From contig OX597831.1 in assembly GCA_951406725.2 (NCBI GenBank), positions 11,284,001 to 11,348,000 of the forward strand: a stretch of DNA of 64,000 bases, given 5' to 3'. A model generated the notes under the pieces. It did no database searches and was not told the origin of the DNA. It worked only from the letters and a program-made list of their open reading frames with translations. Shown piece by piece: positions 57,641 to 64,000 of this stretch; position 1 is the first letter of the stretch, and each line of letters starts with the position of its first letter. Source of the DNA: Octopus vulgaris. Taxonomy: Eukaryota. Made by a program: the position numbers and the translations under genes.

Positions 57641-59040
57641 TTATATATATATGTGTGTGTATGTATATATGGGTACAGGACGTCACCAATTGTGTGAACA
57701 ACAAGAAATGCGTAGACAAACGAGTTAAATACGTAAACAAAGAAAGAAAGAATAGAAAAGAGGACAAGTAAACCTCGGAGTATATATATATAATCCTCAC
57801 ACACCTTCATACACTCTCATTCAGGTACACGCGTATACAAATATGTATGAATGTGTGCATGTATGTATATTTATACACACACACAAACACATGTGTCCAT
57901 AAACATACACAGACGTATATATACATACACATAATGTATGCACATTAGTTTTAATGAAGTGGAGTATTTAGGTTGACCTTGAATAATAGGTCACTAGATC
58001 AGCTTGAAAACACACACACACATTATGTACTTCGAGATCCAGTTCCAAAGAAGAAGTATTCTCTCGAAAGTCTAGGAAAAAGAAAAGCAAAATGATCTAT
58101 TCAATGGTCTCTGGAAAGTGTAGAAATCGTGATGACGTCTGACACTTGAATCATTTTAGTTTCTTAGCTAAGATAAAAATATAATTTTCTGTGACGCTTG
58201 TGGTTTTGGCGGTGATGGGGCTTGCGGTGTTGGCGGTGGTGGAGATTGTGGTGTTGGCAGCTCAAAACTCGCTCAAAACGGTATATATATTTACAAAACG
58301 TGTGCTGCTATCTATTGGTGAACAATCGCCTACGGTATGTTTATATCGAATGTGAATGCAATAAATTGCTTATAATTACTGGTAATAACATAAAGTTATA
58401 CAGGTAAGTGGAGGAATTAAAACATTATTTTAGTGGTAATTTATTTTACAAAAGTATAGCCTAGGCTGGGGTGCGTCCTGTGCACTCGTGCATCTTATTG
58501 GCCATCAAATACGAAAGTATAAACCATAATGCAACCATAGGTCGTGGTTGTATGTTTTGGATTTAAGTTCCATAAATCTGTACAAATTGTTATGGCATGG
58601 AAAGAGAGAGAGAGAGAGAGGACGGGGAGCGGGAGAGAGAAAGAAGAGAATTCTTGACATTTAAAGTAATTCTCGTATTTGGTCGATAGGAACCAGGTTT
58701 TTAACCTTTACAAGAATCTGTAGAAGCGCCAGCTTAGCTGTATCGTTAAGAATTTTCCTATGCAGTCATTTAGTTTCGGGTTCAAACCGCCTGTGTGGTA
58801 CATTGATCGGGTGTCTTGTATTATAGTCCTGGACAGACCGAAGCGTTGTCAGTGAAATGATGGTGGAATCATAAAATATACACAAACCGTGGATTAACAA
58901 TTTTTTTAAAATGTCCTTAACTGTTCGTGTATTCATCTGAAGAAAACGGTTGTTTAGAATGCTATAGTGTACTCATTAACCAATTAAAAAATTCGTTGAA
59001 AACGGCTATAATGAATTGACACCCATCCATTGTTTGTCGT

Positions 59041-59076
<36 letters not shown>

Positions 59077-59178
59077 TCACACAAAGATAGATAGATAGAT
59101 AGATAGACAGATAAATAGATAGATGGATAGAGATAGACAGATAGAGATAGATAGATAAATAGATAGATAGATAGATAA

Positions 59179-59209
<31 letters not shown>

Positions 59210-61718
59210 TATATATACATGGTTTATACGTATAAATGTGTATGTGTGCGCGCCGTTGCATCTTTGTTTCCGAACACCGCTAGATAACCGGCGTTGGTTT
59301 GTATATGTCTTCGTAAATTATCGGTTCGGTAAAAAGAGACTGACAGAATAAGTCCCATACTTAAAAAAAAAATTAGTACTGGGGGTGAATTGTACGACGT
59401 AAACCTTTGAAGACAGTACCTCAAAATGGTCGCAGTTCAAACGAATAAAACAAGTAAAATATAGAAAATACAAGGGAAATCAGACAAACATGTTACAAAA
59501 AATTTACAAAAAAACCTCCACCTAAACACATCCGAAAGACATTCGTTCTAAAAGGTCAGAGGGTCGAATCTATTTTACAAAGACAAAACCCGACTCCTAA
59601 ACACGTTTTAAATGCGATCTAAAATTTCAGTAACTGGTTACAGTGGACGTACAAACATCGCTGAAGATATTTGAAATAAATAATGTCGAAATGCAGGAAA
59701 GATGTGATTGGAATATTCTCTGAAGAAAGTCCCAAAATGAAGCGTGAGTGGAAATGAAGTTTGGGCCATGCTACAGCATTCTATGTCAAACCAATGAATA
59801 TAAATTTAGCAAGAACAACGACAAAAACAACAACATCTCTGTTGTTACCTATACCAGCATTTGCCAAATTTAGAGAAAAAAACACACACAGCCGAATTTA
59901 ATTAAAATCAGTTTTTTGGTTAAACCCCCGCCCTACAAAAAAAAATAGAAAGAATTATTCAAGAGCAATATTAAGATAATTAGACACTGTTTTGATACGA
60001 ACGTCAATTTCTACACGAATAATTATTAACCGTTGATAAAAACATGCAAGCAATACAATGATGTGTGAGTGTGTGTGTGTGTGGTTTTGTCTGCTGCTGA
60101 TATATTTCTACAATATGTCTATTTTACGTTTGATGTACAGATTGCGATTTTGTACTAAGACTGCTTCCGTCGCTAATCATGCATGCGTGTATGTGTGTGC
60201 GCCGGACTGTCTGATGTACAGGTCAAACTTTTCTGATCAAAATTATCAACTAAAACCAAAAGTGGGTTGACTTATACTTCAAGACAAATTTAAAGAACCA
60301 AAATTCCACGTGAAACGCAGCAAGATTTGGTAAAGCAATGATGAGGTTTGTCTGTTTGCTGTAAATATTTACACGATATACTGCGGTCGTTGTCCTGTGT
60401 GCCAGAAAGTACAGTATATATTTATATATGCATCTATGTATATAGTACACACGTGACAACAATTGATATTAAGACAGAGAAAAGTAAAGCGGCAGAAAGA
60501 GAACCATTAAAATTCTTGTTCGACTTTCCTCCTCGAAGACCTTTTAGAAAAAACCTCACACATTTCGCCTTCCCCACCACCACCACCGCCACTATTACCA
60601 ACATCATCTCAACTACTACCACCACCACTATCACCCTCCCCCTCATACAACACCCCACCCACCCACTCCTGCCACCACTTAACTAATCATTGCACGCCGT
60701 CGTTCTCCTTTGCTAACCCATCAACACACCATTCTTCACTTCTGCCGTTAATTATTTCGGAACAATCCAATTCTTCTCCCTGCACCACCACCACCAAACA
60801 CCTCCAAGACCACCAGCACCGCCGTCGCCTCCATCACCACCACCACCACCACCACCGTCCTTAGCGTCACCTGCCTCCCACTATCCCTCCCATGGTAATT
60901 TTCACATTAAAACAACTTCCGAGAAATATACTAATTCACTAATTCCACATTCATTTACTCATTATTTTATTTTTAATTATTTTTCCTAAAATTCCAACAA
61001 TCTGTCTCTGCCTCCCACTGCCCCCTCTTTACCTCCTACAACTTTCTCCCTGTCTGTCTTTGTCTCTCTCTCCCTCTCGTTTTTTCTCTCCCTCTCTCTC
61101 TCTGGTTCTCTTTTATATTCCTCGGTTGGGAAGTCAAAAAGAATTCGAAGACCTTTAACAGAAATCGTAAAATTTTACGGTTTATTTTATGTAAATATGG
61201 TTTTAATGCTTTGTGTTAAATTCATGGAATTTTAACAATTATAAAATTAATGGAACCAGAAAAACAACAACAACAGCAGCACTAAAAATCACAATCGTTT
61301 CTAATTTTGGCCCAGGGAGAGTCATTTTGAGGGGAGGGGGATAAATCGGGACCAAAAACTACATCGATTAGACTTTAATCTATCAATCTACCAATGTGTC
61401 TATTTGTCTATCTACCTATCGGTCTATCTATCTGTCTACCCCCCCCCCCACATACACACATATATAGAGACACACGGATACACTCACATGTGCATGGATG
61501 TGTATGCATTAAAAGCAAACAACAATATGCATGTATGTGCGTGCGAGAGAGAGAGTATGTGTGTGTCTGTGTATGTGTGTATTTGTATACACCATTCTAG
61601 TAAACAGTGTCTAAAAAGATATATATATATATACATATATAAGTACATTTATATATACATATATATATATATATACATATATATACATATATATATACAT
61701 ATATATATATACATATAT

Positions 61719-61762
<44 letters not shown>

Positions 61763-61956
61763 GCATACATACAAGCATATATATGCATATATACTTACAT
61801 ACATACAAGCATATATATGCATATATAAATATATATGTATACATTCAAACACATCACACACCCAGCCACAATCACGTATTTACACACACACACATATATG
61901 TATATATATACATGACATACAAACCTACAAATTTTCATAAACATGTAGACCTACAG

Positions 61957-62012
<56 letters not shown>

Positions 62013-62366
62013 ACACGTGCATGTACGTATTATACGCAGAGCAGTGTAATCTTGGCCAATGAACAAATGCAGTGCCTCCCCGAATGCTCCGATACTGAAA
62101 TACGATGAGGGCCATAAAATGAAATAACCATAACTGGTCTAGGTTTGATAAGGTTTTTATCATTGCTACAAGGTCGAAGCATCATCAATTTAGATGCGTA
62201 TAAATAAATGAAGATCTGTTTTCGATGTAGAGAGAGAGAGAGAGGGAGAGAGAGAGAGAGAGAAAGAAAGAAAGAAGACACACACACTCACACACACACG
62301 CTCATATACAGCGTATATATGAAGTATTCAGTTACGTTAGATTACCCTATTAATTTCGCAGATGTG

Positions 62367-62397
<31 letters not shown>

Positions 62398-62422
62398 ATG
62401 TATGTATGCATGTATGTATATG

Positions 62423-62480
<58 letters not shown>

Positions 62481-62703
62481 CACACACACAATTATATCCA
62501 GGCACACACAAACACACACACACATATATATTTATTAATTTGTATACACACTCACTAGCAGATACACACGCTCTCACACATATGTATGTATACATAAACA
62601 GAGATATACAGTCATGTACAAAGATAAATCTACTCAGAAACAGCATAACAAGACTTCATAAAGTTGGATATAGATTATTATTATTATTATTATTATTATG
62701 ATT

Positions 62704-62768
<65 letters not shown>

Positions 62769-62772
62769 GATT

Positions 62773-62866
<94 letters not shown>

Positions 62867-62890
62867 TTATTAATATTATTATTATTATTA

Positions 62891-63107
62891 AAGCAGTGAG
62901 CTGGCAGAATTGTTAGCACGCCGGACGAAATGCTTAGCGATATATCGTCTGCCGCTACGTTCTGCGTTCAAATTCTGCCGGGGTCGACTCTGCCTTTCAT
63001 CCTTTCGGGGCCGATTAGATAAATACCAGTTGCACTGGGATCGATATAATCGATTTAATCCTCCAAGCTGCCCTTGTGGCAAAAATTTGAAAGCATCATC
63101 ATCATCA

Positions 63108-63159
<52 letters not shown>

Positions 63160-63350
63160 TAAGGCGGCGAGCTGGCAGTATCGTTAGCGGTATTTCGCCC
63201 GTCTCTACGTTCTGAGTTCAAATCCCGTCGACGTCGACTTTACCTTTCGTCCTTTCGGAGTCGATAAAATAAGTACCAGTTGTACACTGGGGTCGATTTA
63301 ATCGACTCATCCCCACCTCCTCCATTCTGCTCTTGTGGCAAAAATTTGAA
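62891..63350 (+). mobile_element. Two tandem short tRNA-like SINEs (family B) in (ATT)n
   Basis: GGCGGCGAGCTGGCAG...GAGTTCAAATTCCGCCGAGGTCGACTTTGCCTTTCATCCTTTCGGGGTCGATAAAATAAGTACCAG consensus, with copies at 62891-63093 and 63163-63350. Other copies are at ~1801-1950, 5185-5290, 6050-6210, 13020-13230, 20060-20195, 21001-21203, 37620-37810 and 47745-47900. Confidence 0.8.
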
Positions 63351-63720
63351 ATGATAATAATTTATGTTGTTATTATTGTGGTTGTTGTTGTTGTTGTTGT
63401 TATTCGCTATATCACAGGGAAGTTCGTATTACATTTCTTTTCAGAAATAGAGACCATCATCTTATTTTACCTATATCTTATTCTCTCTCTCCTTCTCTCC
63501 TTCTCCTTCTTCATCTCACCCACTCTCGCTCTCCCTCTCCCTCTCTCTCTTACTCTCTCTCTCTCACTCTCTCTCTCCCTATCTATCTATCTATATATAT
63601 CTATCTATCTATCTATCTCTGGTATGTAAGGAGGTAAAGAAAGACGCCAACTTGAAATTCAATAATATTTGTCTTATTTTATTCCTCTCTCGCTTGCTCT
63701 CCCTATCTTTCTCTCCCACC

Positions 63721-63754
<34 letters not shown>

Positions 63755-64000
63755 TACTCTGGAATAGACAGAGATTAAGCGAGAGATATAGGTAAATGAA
63801 ATCGGAAGAAGAAAGAGGAGGAGGATGAGGTTCTCTACGTCTAACGGCAGCATCTTCAACGGCACTATGCAAGAATACTTATATCAATGTTTCTCTTTCT
63901 CTTGGATGACATCAGTGTCGTTTTGATGAGGTGACTTTCATGGAGGTTCAAACCCTTGGCCTCCCTGCAAAATACGAACCTTGCCCGGTCATATGTAAAT

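Overview
This is AT-rich eukaryotic DNA saturated with microsatellites. The repeat landscape looks like a coleoid cephalopod, most likely Octopus (inference). The only clearly supported protein-coding gene is a Tlx/Hox11 (NK-class) homeobox gene on the minus strand. It has a homeobox exon (37471-37255) and a terminal exon (36556-36346) joined by a 698-bp GT-AG intron in matching phase. Its 5' exon is not recognisable in the window, so 37472-64000 is probably one large intron. The remainder is tRNA-derived SINEs (three or more families), 3' fragments of R4/Dong-like, CR1 and Tx1/L1-like LINEs, a decayed hAT-like transposon, a mariner fragment, a pogo/Tigger-like MITE with nested insertions, and simple repeats. 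Almost every ORF in the supplied track is translated microsatellite. The most interesting signal is a set of hammerhead ribozyme motifs read by eye. One is a complete, canonical type I hammerhead (54530-54478, minus strand, the Tlx sense strand) at the tip of a ~170-nt rod-like hairpin. Several Penelope-like fragments carry minimal hammerheads, including a family whose core repeatedly lacks the conserved A6. Family names are from recognition, not database searches.
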